Made by a program: the position numbers and the translations under genes. This document shows, piece after piece, positions 27,471 to 36,758 of a stretch of 64,000 bases of DNA (positions are counted from its first letter, which is position 1; each line of letters opens with the position of its first letter). Source of the DNA: Candidatus Binatia bacterium (GTDB taxonomy: Bacteria > Desulfobacterota > Binatia > HRBIN30); the NCBI GenBank assembly GCA_026415395.1, contig JAOAHD010000007.1, forward strand, positions 855,972 to 919,971, written 5' to 3'. The notes beneath the pieces were generated by a model. That model saw nothing but the letters and a program-made list of their open reading frames with translations. It had not been told where the DNA came from and searched no databases.

Positions 27471-29495
27471 CTAAGACCACCGCGTGGCCGCGTTTGCGGC
27501 GCGCTGCAGGAGTAAGTGTCCTGTGGGGTGGCGCCTGGCGCTCCAGCGTGGTGGAATCCAAGTCGTGCTGCTGAGCTCGACAATCAGTGCTGGTCCCACC
27601 ACGAGCTCGCCGCTGCGAAGCGCATCGCGCTCATAAAGAACGACGGTGTGCCAGCGACCTCGGTAAAACACCCGATGTTTCGTGGCGGTCTTTCCGGCGA
27701 GCACGACCGAGCGATCGACAAAGCGAAGGGGCAACGGCCGTTCGCGCCCGAACACCCGTAGGTTCACGACCTCCACGGCGCGTTCGGGATCATGGTACCC
27801 GTACCATTGCTGATGCGCCCGTTCGAAGCGCGCGCGGTAATCGGGTGCGAGGTCGACGGCAAGCTCGTACGATTGCCCCGCGTAACGAACCTCTAGCTTG
27901 GTCTCGATGCGCTGCCGGGCGGGGGGAATGCCCTCGGCTGACAGCTCGTGGCGTACCTGGGCCACGAGCAGGCTGGCAGCATGCTCGAGCGCCGCGAAAC
28001 TTGGCTCCCTCCACAGTAGGGAACGCACGGCGGTGCGCTCCACGGGTGCAGTTAGCGCCCCCCATGCGGACAATAGGCCTGGTGCCAGCGGGATCACCAC
28101 CCGCGACATTCCCAGTGCGTCAGCGAGCGCACACGCGTGCTGACCGGCGGCGCCGCCGAAGGCGATGAGTGCGCAGCCGCGGGGATCGTGCCCGCGTTCG
28201 ATGCTGACGGCGCGGATCGCGCGCTCCATACTGGCGTTGACGACATCGATAATGCCGGCGGCCGTTGCTTCCACACTCTTGCCCAACCGGCGCGCTAGCG
28301 CACCGACGGCCGACCTCGCACGGGTTTGCGAGAGCGGAATGCTCCCGCCGAGGAACAGCCACGGCACAACGCGCCCGAGCACCACGTTCGCATCGGTTAC
28401 CGTAGGGAGATTTCCGCGTCCGTAACAGGCAGGACCGGGATCGGCGCCAGCGCTCTGCGGCCCGACCTTGAGCAGGCCGCCTTCATCGATAGCGGCAATT
28501 GACCCGCCACCAGCGCCAACCGTGTGCACGTCGACTGCGGGGACCTTCAACGGAAGTCCAGCAATGCTCCACTCCGTCGTCGTGGGCACCCCGCTGTCGA
28601 GCAAACTCACGTCCGTAGAAGTGCCGCCCATGTCGAAGCTAATCGCTTGCCGGATGCCTAAGCTGCGGGCCACCGCCCACGCGCCGCGTACCCCACCGGC
28701 TGGTCCGGAGAGGCAGGTGCGCACGGCCTCGCGCCCGGCGAGCGACGCAGACACTGCACCCCCGCTCGACTGCAACACGCGCAGGCGTGCACCACGCGAT
28801 GCCAGTGACTGTTGCAGGGTTTCCAAATGGCGCTGCATGAGCGGCTGGACATACGCGTTGGTAACGGCGGTGCTGAAGCGTTCGTACTCGCGATGCTCGT
28901 TGGCCAGCGCGTGCGATACCGAGACGAACACAAAACCACGTTGGCGCACGGCGCGTTCCATCGCACGTTCGTGCACTGGGTTGGCATACGAATGGAGGAA
29001 GCAAATCGCCACCGACTCCGCTCCACTTTGTGCGAGCTTCCCGAGCGCGTTCGCGATGGCCCGCTCGCTTAGGGGGACGAGAGGTTCCCCCGTGTGTAGC
29101 ATTCGTTCCTGCACGCTAATGCGGTTCTTCCGCGGCACCAAAGGCTCCGGCCGCTTGGGCTCAGGGTCGTAAAGGTCCGGCCGATTTTGGCGGCCGATTT
29201 CGATCACATCCTCGAAGCCCGCGGTGGTCAGCAGTGCCACCCGCGCTCCTCGCCGCTCGAGCAACGCATTGGTGGCGACCGTCGAGCTGTAGGTCACGGT
29301 GCAACCGGCTCGCTCGCCGAGGAGATGGCGCAAACCGGCAAGCACTGCTTGCGCAGGGTCCGCCGGGGTCGACGGCACCTTATGAAGGCGCAACTCGCCA
29401 TCGATGACGGCAACCAAGTCGGTGAACGTACCGCCAGTGTCGATGCCAACCAAAATGGGCGTTGGTGGTTTCGCGCTAAGGCGCGGCCTTACCAC
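27471..29495 (-). CDS. hydantoinase/oxoprolinase-family protein (HyuA-like, hydantoinase A / acetone-carboxylase-beta type)
   Basis: ILVGIDTGGTFTDLVAV is the N-terminal HyuA signature, and there are ATP-binding blocks such as ISFDMGGTSTD. The track ORF runs to 29648, but that 5' part overlaps fmdB. The likely start is GTG at 29495 (7-bp overlap with the fmdB stop) or TTG at 29453. Confidence 0.75.
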   Translation of the reverse strand: MVRPRLSAKPPTPILVGIDTGGTFTDLVAVIDGELRLHKVPSTPADPAQAVLAGLRHLLGERAGCTVTYSSTVATNALLERRGARVALLTTAGFEDVIEIGRQNRPDLYDPEPKRPEPLVPRKNRISVQERMLHTGEPLVPLSERAIANALGKLAQSGAESVAICFLHSYANPVHERAMERAVRQRGFVFVSVSHALANEHREYERFSTAVTNAYVQPLMQRHLETLQQSLASRGARLRVLQSSGGAVSASLAGREAVRTCLSGPAGGVRGAWAVARSLGIRQAISFDMGGTSTDVSLLDSGVPTTTEWSIAGLPLKVPAVDVHTVGAGGGSIAAIDEGGLLKVGPQSAGADPGPACYGRGNLPTVTDANVVLGRVVPWLFLGGSIPLSQTRARSAVGALARRLGKSVEATAAGIIDVVNASMERAIRAVSIERGHDPRGCALIAFGGAAGQHACALADALGMSRVVIPLAPGLLSAWGALTAPVERTAVRSLLWREPSFAALEHAASLLVAQVRHELSAEGIPPARQRIETKLEVRYAGQSYELAVDLAPDYRARFERAHQQWYGYHDPERAVEVVNLRVFGRERPLPLRFVDRSVVLAGKTATKHRVFYRGRWHTVVLYERDALRSGELVVGPALIVELSSTTWIPPRWSARRHPTGHLLLQRAANAATRWS

Positions 29496-29731
29496 TCGCC
29501 GCCTTCCATCGCACAGGCGCCCCGTTGCGGAGCGCCGCAGGCTCCGCACGGACCGGGCTCGGCTGCAGCCGCCCGAGCCGTGTCGTTGTGGGCCACGGCA
29601 AATGTGGAGAGGAGCCGGTCCACCCGCGCGCTGCCGCAGTGCCGGCAAGCAACGCCGTCACGCTCGCGACCGGAGACTAACTCCTCGAAAGTTTTTCCAC
29701 AGCTTTGGCAGCGGTATTCGAACAGCGGCAT
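29489..29731 (-). CDS. FmdB-family zinc-ribbon regulatory protein
   Basis: MPLFEYRCQSCGKTFEEL...CRHCGS is the classic CxxC...CxxC FmdB N-terminus. The protein is 80 aa. Confidence 0.85.
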   Translation of the reverse strand: MPLFEYRCQSCGKTFEELVSGRERDGVACRHCGSARVDRLLSTFAVAHNDTARAAAAEPGPCGACGAPQRGACAMEGGEW

Positions 29732-29958
29732 GGTTTTCCCTCACACCGTGGGTATTGGCCAGCAGGAGTATGCTTCTGCAACGCGTCTGTTTACCGATTC
29801 GCCAAAGAGTGTGCAAAAGACCTGGCGCCCAAGCAATCCCAGGAGCCGTGCCAACAGAAATCTGAACGCGCAAGAGAGCTATTCTTCATGCAATGAAGAA
29901 GGTGGATCGGCCCTCGCGATCGAGGGAAACCACACCGCGGCGGACCGCGACTGAAGAC

Positions 29959-30720
29959 TCAGCACACGCTCCGGTCCGGCTCGTCGGGGCCGGAGAAGCG
30001 CCGCCAGCGGCCGTGAATCAGGCGCTCGTGCGGGAAGAAGCGAGCTTTGTACGCCATGGTCGCACAGCCCTCGACGTAAAGGCCGAGATACAAGTACGCC
30101 AAGCCCCAAGTACGACACAGCTCGAGTTGTTTGAGAATTGAGTACGTCCCGATGCTCAAGCGCGCCAGCGAGGGATCGTAGTAGCAATACACCGCGGACA
30201 GAGAATCCTCTGCTCGGTCGGTAATCGCCACGCCCACCAAGCGGCCGTCGAGCCAGTAGCTGAGTTCGAACGTTTCGGCGCAGGTGTCGACAAGAAACTC
30301 CTCGTATAATTGCCGGTCGATCAGCCCATCCGTTGTGAGCAGGCGGCGCTCGACTTTGTGTCGGTTGTACAAACGCACCCGCTCGAAGTCAGCCCGCGGC
30401 GGTCCGATCCGCGTTTCCAACAGGGCAGAGCCACGACGGAAAATGCGCCGTTGTGTCCGGTTGGGGCGAAACTCCGACACCGGCAACCGAATGGCCTGGC
30501 AGGCTTGGCAGCCCGGGCACCGCGGCCGGTAGAGCAGGGCGCCCTGACGGCGATCGCCCGCTTCCAACCGTTGTGCGAGTGCGGTGCGCGACAGCGGGCG
30601 TACCGGCAAGCGCAGGGGCATCCGGGCAATCTGACCAGGGAGGTACGGGCACGGGCTGTATTCGTCGTAAACAACCCATTCGCGAGCCGGACCTGTACTG
30701 CTGCGACTCTGACTCTCCAT
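29959..30720 (-). CDS. bpt: arginyl/leucyl-tRNA--protein transferase (bacterial Bpt / Ate1-like)
   Basis: The start at MESQSRSS (ATG rc 30718-30720) is followed by ATE_N and ATE_C-type blocks: YRPRCPGCQACQAIRLPV, RRIFRRG and GLYVEGC. The 22 aa upstream in the track ORF are probably not translated. Confidence 0.75.
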   Translation of the reverse strand: MESQSRSSTGPAREWVVYDEYSPCPYLPGQIARMPLRLPVRPLSRTALAQRLEAGDRRQGALLYRPRCPGCQACQAIRLPVSEFRPNRTQRRIFRRGSALLETRIGPPRADFERVRLYNRHKVERRLLTTDGLIDRQLYEEFLVDTCAETFELSYWLDGRLVGVAITDRAEDSLSAVYCYYDPSLARLSIGTYSILKQLELCRTWGLAYLYLGLYVEGCATMAYKARFFPHERLIHGRWRRFSGPDEPDRSVC

Positions 30721-30839
30721 AAGCCTCAAACGAGCCCCATGTAGCTGGGCACAAATCAGTGTGCAGGGAAAACGGCAGCAAAGCAACTCAGTTTACCACC
30801 CTCGTTTGGGCTCGGAGGGACGGATACACTCACACGAAC

Positions 30840-31601
30840 ATGACTCGGGTCGTCGACAGCGAACAAGAGATCCTGGTGCGCACGGTTGCGGTTTCCCGCG
30901 TGTACCGCCGGGGTGTAGATGAAATCCGCGCGCTCGAACGCGTAACGTTGCAAATTCCGGCCGGTCGTTTCGTGGCTTTTATGGGACCCTCGGGTTCGGG
31001 CAAATCCACGCTAATGAACCTGTTAGCCGGCCTCGATCGCCCCACCTCCGGCGAAGTGTGGGTGGCCGGCCAGCGGCTGGACGTCTTGGACGAAGACCAG
31101 CTCGCTGCTTGGCGGGCGCGGCATGTGGGCCTGATCTTTCAGTTCTTCAACTTGATTCCCGTACTCACCGCGCGGGACAACGTCGCCCTCCCCCTGTTAC
31201 TCACACCTCTCGACAAGCGTGAACGACTGCGGCGGGCGGAAATTGCGCTGCGCATCGTCGGCCTGCGGGATCGCATGCATCATTATCCGCGCACGCTCTC
31301 GGGTGGGGAGCAGCAGCGGGTGGCCATCGCACGGGCGCTGGTGACCGACCCCGATTTGATCGTTGCCGACGAGCCCACCGGCGATCTCGATGCCCGCAAT
31401 GCCGAGGCGGTGTTGGGGCTCTTGCGCCGGCTGCGAACCGACTTTGGGAAAACCATTATCATGGTGACCCACGACCCCCGCGCCCTGCGCTTTGTGGACA
31501 TGGCCTTTCACCTCGACAAGGGCACTTTGTTGGAGGGTGAAGAGGCGGCACGCGCGCACGAGGCGATCTTGGTGGCAGCAGGGGCTGGCCCTCGTGGGTA
31601 A
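30840..31601 (+). CDS. ABC transporter ATP-binding protein (MacB/LolD/FtsE-like)
   Basis: The motifs are Walker [11 protein letters not shown]-loop, signature [15 protein letters not shown], Walker [13 protein letters not shown], and H-loop. Confidence 0.9.
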   Translation: MTRVVDSEQEILVRTVAVSRVYRRGVDEIRALERVTLQIPAGRFVAFMGPSGSGKSTLMNLLAGLDRPTSGEVWVAGQRLDVLDEDQLAAWRARHVGLIFQFFNLIPVLTARDNVALPLLLTPLDKRERLRRAEIALRIVGLRDRMHHYPRTLSGGEQQRVAIARALVTDPDLIVADEPTGDLDARNAEAVLGLLRRLRTDFGKTIIMVTHDPRALRFVDMAFHLDKGTLLEGEEAARAHEAILVAAGAGPRG

Positions 31602-31612
31602 GGGAGTGTGCC

Positions 31613-32779
31613 ATGAGTTACGTGCAGTTGGTTACCGCCAATTTGCTACGCAACAAGCTCCGCGCTGCGCTTACGTTCGGGGCCGTGAGCCTGGCGGTGA
31701 TGCTCGTGGTGTTCCTGCTCACCATGCCGGCGGGCATGGACGCGCTCCTGAATTCCATCGCCAGCAACACCCGGGTTTCTGTGCACAACAAAGCCGGTAT
31801 TGTTTACTCGATGCCCTACGCATATGCCCGCAAGATCCGCCAGGTCGAAGGTGTGGCCGCTGCGGTGGGAACTGCCTGGTTCGGCGGCGCCTACGAAGAG
31901 GAAGGGCGTGTCACCTTTCCCAACTTCGTTGTGGAAGCTGAACACGTGGGCGCGGTCTACCCCGATTATGGCATCGCCCCACAAGCCTTAGACGACTTCC
32001 GCCGTTACCGGGATGGCGCACTCGTGGGGCGGCAAACGATGAAGCGCTACGGGTGGAAGGTGGGCGACCGCATTACCCTCAAGAGCACCGTGTGGGCCGT
32101 CGACCTCGATTTGCGCATCGTGGGCGAAATCCCGCTCGAACGCTCTCCGGTTGTGTGGATCCAGCGGGCTTACCTGGACGAGGCCTTGCTTGCGCAGCGT
32201 GGGCAGGGGCTAGGCATCGTCCATGTGGTGTGGGTCCGGGTGCAGGACCCCAACCGCGTCGACGAGGTGATGCGTTCGATTGACGACATGTTTCGCAACA
32301 GCGAAGCCGAGACTGCTTCGGAAACAGAGAAAAGCTTCTTTGGTAACTTCTTCGGTTCCCTGAAGGGCTTCATGACGATCGTTTTGTTGGTCACCTTCTT
32401 GGTTGCCATTTGCGTGGTGGTGATAGCCGCAAACACTGCCTCGATGTCGATCCGGGAACGAGGGCGAGAAATTGCCGTGTTTAAAGCGCTGGGCTTTCCG
32501 CGCCGTGCGGTATTTGCTGCGCTGTTGGCTGAGTCAGCGTTGTTGTGCACCGCGGCGGGGCTCACGGGAGTGGTGCTGGCCTATGGCTTTACCCACGGGT
32601 TGCGAAGCTTTGCTGCTGTAATTCCGGCGCTCGGTCCGCTGGGGAGCTTTCTCGTTACCCCCGGAGTGGCAGCGCAAGGTGTCGCTCTTTCCCTGGTTGT
32701 TGGCCTCCTTGCCGGGTTGGTTCCCGCTTGGGGCGCGGCCCGCAAACCGCTGGTGGAGACGCTGCACGAAATTTTTTAG
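31613..32779 (+). CDS. ABC transporter permease, FtsX/MacB-type (permease 1)
   Basis: It has an N-terminal TM, a large periplasmic domain, and a C-terminal FtsX-type 3-TM bundle reading FKALGFPRR. Confidence 0.8.
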   Translation: MSYVQLVTANLLRNKLRAALTFGAVSLAVMLVVFLLTMPAGMDALLNSIASNTRVSVHNKAGIVYSMPYAYARKIRQVEGVAAAVGTAWFGGAYEEEGRVTFPNFVVEAEHVGAVYPDYGIAPQALDDFRRYRDGALVGRQTMKRYGWKVGDRITLKSTVWAVDLDLRIVGEIPLERSPVVWIQRAYLDEALLAQRGQGLGIVHVVWVRVQDPNRVDEVMRSIDDMFRNSEAETASETEKSFFGNFFGSLKGFMTIVLLVTFLVAICVVVIAANTASMSIRERGREIAVFKALGFPRRAVFAALLAESALLCTAAGLTGVVLAYGFTHGLRSFAAVIPALGPLGSFLVTPGVAAQGVALSLVVGLLAGLVPAWGAARKPLVETLHEIF

Positions 32780-32784
32780 CGCGG

Positions 32785-33984
32785 ATGGGAACGATGCTCG
32801 GTGGAGGGCTGTTGCCGCTGTCGTACAGCATCAAGAATCTCTGGAGTCGGCCGGTGCGGACGGCGATGACCGTGACCGTGGTTGCCCTGGTCGTCGTCGC
32901 GTCGAGCTTATTTTTGGGGCTGATCACTAGCTTAAAACGCACGCTCGTGAGCACCGGGCATCCTTTGAACTTGGTGGTGATGCGCAAAGGATCGGATAAC
33001 GACGGCGCTAGTGCACTCTCACAGGCAGCGTATCAAGCGATTCGCTTTTACGACGGGATTGCGCGGAATGCGGCGGATCAGCCCTTGGTTTCGCCGGAAC
33101 TGGTGGTGCAGCCGTTTTTTTGGACCATCGAGGGCGGCCGGGAAAATGTGCTCGTGCGGGGTGTGGAACCAATTGCTCTCGAAGTGCACGACCAAGTGCA
33201 GATCATTGCCGGGCGCATGTTTCAGCCGAGCGCAGCCGAGGCGATTGTTGGAAAGTCGCTCATCGGCCGGTACCAGGGAGCCGAGCTGGGAAGCGAGCTG
33301 CGCTTCGGACGCGGCGGTTGGAAAGTGGTCGGGGTGTTCAGTGCGGAGGGCTCGTCCTTCGAGAGCGAGGTGTGGGTGGACGTGCGCGAGCTCGCGAACG
33401 ATGCCAAGCGTCCGCTGCCATACTCCGCCATTCGGCTGCGGGCAAACACGGAAGCCGACCTTTGGGCCCTGAAGGCGCGGATCGAGGCGGACCCGCGCTA
33501 CGCGTTACAAGCTGAGCGCGAAACCGAGTACTACGCCAAGCAATCCGAGTCGGCAAACTCCCTCTACGTGCTCGTAGTGGCGATTGCGCTCTTCTCGGGC
33601 ATCGGCGCCGGCTTCGGGGCGGCGAATACAATGTATGCGGCCGTGCAAAACCGCATCGCGGAGATTGGCACGCTGCGCGCCCTGGGGTTCTCGCGCACGA
33701 GCATTTTGCTCGCCTTTCAATTGGAAGCGCTGTTCCTAGCGGTGAGTGGCTTTGCTGTGGGCGCGGTTGGAGCGGTGGTCCTGGCCGATTCGCTCGGTCG
33801 CTGGCTGCGCGGCATTGGATTCGGGGCCGCTACGTTTACGACCAATGTCGTGCAACTGCGTATCAGTGCTGGAGACCTGATTGTGAGCCTTTGCCTCACG
33901 CTGGCGATTGGATTGATTGCGGGTCTTGGTCCGGCGATGCGTGCGGCCAGACTGCCGCCGATCGAGGCGCTGCGCCGGGGGTGA
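32785..33984 (+). CDS. ABC transporter permease, FtsX/MacB-type (permease 2)
   Basis: It starts with MGTMLGGGLLPLSYSIKNLWSRPVRTAMTV and has the same architecture as permease 1. The C-terminal TM bundle reads LRALGFSRT. Confidence 0.8.
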   Translation: MGTMLGGGLLPLSYSIKNLWSRPVRTAMTVTVVALVVVASSLFLGLITSLKRTLVSTGHPLNLVVMRKGSDNDGASALSQAAYQAIRFYDGIARNAADQPLVSPELVVQPFFWTIEGGRENVLVRGVEPIALEVHDQVQIIAGRMFQPSAAEAIVGKSLIGRYQGAELGSELRFGRGGWKVVGVFSAEGSSFESEVWVDVRELANDAKRPLPYSAIRLRANTEADLWALKARIEADPRYALQAERETEYYAKQSESANSLYVLVVAIALFSGIGAGFGAANTMYAAVQNRIAEIGTLRALGFSRTSILLAFQLEALFLAVSGFAVGAVGAVVLADSLGRWLRGIGFGAATFTTNVVQLRISAGDLIVSLCLTLAIGLIAGLGPAMRAARLPPIEALRRG

Positions 33985-34041
33985 GGTGCGCCCGAAGCGG
34001 CAGCCTCGTCGCTCAGAACACTTCTTGTTAAAGGATGCATC

Positions 34042-35247
34042 GTGGCTGACGACAAAACGACACACGAGTCGCTGAGCGATGCACTGGCGGCGTTGCGCCT
34101 GCCGCGTGAGGACTCTAGCGTGCTTCCTCGCCGGCGCCGCCGCTGGCTGTGGATGGTGCTCGCCTTGGTCGCCCTCGTTGCCCTGCCGTGGTGGTGGTGC
34201 CAGGGGCGGGTGGTAGAGGTGGCGGTTGCCGAAGTGACGCGGATTAGGCCCTCTCAAGCAGGCCCTCTGCCGGTGTTGTCGGGCTCTGGGTACATCGTCA
34301 CGGGGGAGCGTTACGTGTCCATCGGCGTGCGGGTGCCTGGGCGGATCGAGCGCTACTTCGTCGAGGAAGGACAGAGCGTGCGCAAGGGCGACCCCTTGGT
34401 GCAATTGGACGACCGTGACTATCGCGCCCAGGTCGCGCGAGCGGAGTCGCAACTGGCACTGGCGCGCGCCCAGGCGGAGTTGGCCGAGGCAGAACTGCGG
34501 CGGGTACGGACGCTGCGCAGCCAAGGTGTGGCCTCGCAGCAAGAGCTCGACGTTGTGGAAAGCCGCGCCAGGGTGGCGCGCGCCACGGTGAAGCAAGCTG
34601 AGGCAGAACTGCAGCAAGCGCGAGTGAATCTCGACTACACCGTGCTGCGCGCCCCGACGGACGGGGTGATTTTGGCCAAGACCAAAGAGGTCGGCGAGAT
34701 TGCCATCCCGGGTGGATTTGCGGGTTCCGGCGACCTCATCCGCATGGCGAACTTGTCTGACCTTCGCGCTCAGGTGGACGTGAACGAAGCGGATCTGAAT
34801 CGCGTGTTCTTGGGGCAGAAAGCCCTGGTGACGCCGGACGCGTACCCCGATGCGAAATACGAGGCTGAGGTCGTGAAGTTTTACCCACAGGTGGATCGCT
34901 CGAAGGGGACGTTGCGCATCGAGGTGCGCATCCTCGCTCCTGACGACAAGCTCCTCCCCGACATGAGTGCCCGGGTGACCTTCCTTGCCGATGTTGCCGC
35001 GGCCGGGGACGGTGAACCTCTGGTGTTTGTGCCGAGTGCCGCGGTGCGGCGCAATGAGCGTGGTGAGGCCTTTGTGTGGGTCGTGAACGGAGAGCGCGTA
35101 CACCCGCGAGCGGTCAGGCTCGGCCCGACTGTGAGCGGACGCGTGCAAGTGCTTGCCGGCCTGGAAGGCAACGAGCGGGTCGTGGTGAATAACGTGCCGC
35201 TGCGCGAGGCTCAGCGGGTGCGTGTGGTTCAGGGCGGGCAGGCGTAA
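34042..35247 (+). CDS. HlyD/MacA-family periplasmic adaptor (membrane-fusion) subunit
   Basis: There is one N-terminal TM, a long coiled-coil (QLALARAQAELAEAELRRVR), and barrel-sandwich/beta-barrel domains. Confidence 0.85.
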   Translation: MADDKTTHESLSDALAALRLPREDSSVLPRRRRRWLWMVLALVALVALPWWWCQGRVVEVAVAEVTRIRPSQAGPLPVLSGSGYIVTGERYVSIGVRVPGRIERYFVEEGQSVRKGDPLVQLDDRDYRAQVARAESQLALARAQAELAEAELRRVRTLRSQGVASQQELDVVESRARVARATVKQAEAELQQARVNLDYTVLRAPTDGVILAKTKEVGEIAIPGGFAGSGDLIRMANLSDLRAQVDVNEADLNRVFLGQKALVTPDAYPDAKYEAEVVKFYPQVDRSKGTLRIEVRILAPDDKLLPDMSARVTFLADVAAAGDGEPLVFVPSAAVRRNERGEAFVWVVNGERVHPRAVRLGPTVSGRVQVLAGLEGNERVVVNNVPLREAQRVRVVQGGQA

Positions 35248-35248
35248 G

Positions 35249-36646
35249 CTACGAAGCGACGGAAACCCCGTTGGCGGTGTGGCGCTGGAAGTAGCGATAA
35301 AACGGGAGCGCAGTGGCGGTCATAGTGAGTGCCACGGCGCATTCCACCGGCCTCCCCCACAGCAGGCTCGCAGCAATTGCCCCATTGGCCACGAGATAAA
35401 GGGCCGGTAGCCACGGGTACCCCCAAGCGCGATAAGGGCGCGGCCGTTCCGGTTGCTTGCGCCGCAAGGTGTAGAGGGCTGCAGTATCGGCAATGGTGGC
35501 GAGTACGATCGCGAAGGTTGTGTAATCGAGAATTCGCGGGAAGCCTTGCAGGACCAGCACCAACGCGATCGCGGTTACTCCTTGGGCAACAATGGCGCCG
35601 TGGGGCGTGCGGTAACGGTCGTGCACGCGCTCGGCGCCAGGGAAAAAGTACCCGTCGAGTGCCATCGCGTAGGCAATGCGCGGGCCGACGAGTACGGTGG
35701 CGTTGAGGCAGCCGAGCACGGAGGCCAGCACCAGAAGTGCGATGGCGGTAGCCCCAACGTCGCTGAGGAGCACACGTGCGGCTGCTTCGCCCACATTGGG
35801 TTGATGGCTCAGCTCGTGGATAGGAAGAGCGTACAAATACACAACGTTCAAAAGCAAATACGCGCCAATACACAGCCCGAGGCCGAGGAAGAGCGCGCGG
35901 GGGATGGTTGTACCCGGACGATGAATTTCGCTCGCGACGTACACTGGAGCATTCCAGCCGAGGTAACTGAACAGCACCGGGGAGAGGGCCAGTCCAAAGT
36001 TCGTCCAAAGAGCATTAGCCTCGAGCTGCGGGCCAACGAAATGGGCCCACGACCCGCGGCCAGTGGAAAACGCCCAGGCACTGAGGCCCACAATCGCTAG
36101 CACTTTGATCAGCGCAGTGATGTTGTTGAGGCGCGCACCGCGGCGGACTCCTGCGTAGTTGATTGCGGACACCACCGTAATCGTTGCCGAGGCGAGTAGC
36201 AGGGTGCCGCCTCGGTCGAGCCCAACAAACCGGCTCACACCCTCGGCAAAGCCGGCGGCGAGAGTGGCTACGGTGCCGGCGTAAATCACGAAGAAGGACA
36301 GCCACCCCACTATGAATCCAGCAAATGGGTGGTACGCTTCGCGCAAATAGACGTAATCCCCACCGGCGCGGGGAAACATCGCACCGAGTTCGGCATTGGC
36401 GAGTGCTCCGGCAAGCGACAGCAAGCCGCCGACGAGCCAGACGGCAAGAAACAGCCCGGGATGGGGGAGCAAAGCGGCAATCGGACCGGGCGTGAGGAAA
36501 ATTCCCGCACCGATGATCGAGGAAACGCACAACATCGTTGTGTCGAAAAGGCCGAGCTCTCGATGCAAACGGTCCTGCGGATGGCGATCGTCAACAAACA
36601 CGCTGCCGGTGTGACATAGCCGCAGCACTCGTTCCAGACCGTTCAC
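35249..36646 (-). CDS. APC-family amino-acid permease
   Basis: The protein has about 12 TM helices. The N-terminal signature is GLFDTTMLCVSSIIGAGIF. Confidence 0.85.
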   Translation of the reverse strand: MNGLERVLRLCHTGSVFVDDRHPQDRLHRELGLFDTTMLCVSSIIGAGIFLTPGPIAALLPHPGLFLAVWLVGGLLSLAGALANAELGAMFPRAGGDYVYLREAYHPFAGFIVGWLSFFVIYAGTVATLAAGFAEGVSRFVGLDRGGTLLLASATITVVSAINYAGVRRGARLNNITALIKVLAIVGLSAWAFSTGRGSWAHFVGPQLEANALWTNFGLALSPVLFSYLGWNAPVYVASEIHRPGTTIPRALFLGLGLCIGAYLLLNVVYLYALPIHELSHQPNVGEAAARVLLSDVGATAIALLVLASVLGCLNATVLVGPRIAYAMALDGYFFPGAERVHDRYRTPHGAIVAQGVTAIALVLVLQGFPRILDYTTFAIVLATIADTAALYTLRRKQPERPRPYRAWGYPWLPALYLVANGAIAASLLWGRPVECAVALTMTATALPFYRYFQRHTANGVSVAS

Positions 36647-36758
36647 GCGCGAATCAATCGAGTCGTTGCCGGTGGGTGCTTGCGGAAGACACGGGGACCT
36701 GGGTTAAGCACGGTACACGACAAGCTAGGCTTGCCGCCAGGAAAGTCGTGAACGCTCA

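Noticed and set aside
29496-29648. Upstream 51 codons of the 725-aa hydantoinase ORF in the track
   Set aside because: It overlaps the convincingly conserved FmdB zinc-ribbon gene on the same strand in another frame. The hydantoinase signature begins only at ILVGIDTGGT, so a later GTG/TTG start is preferred.
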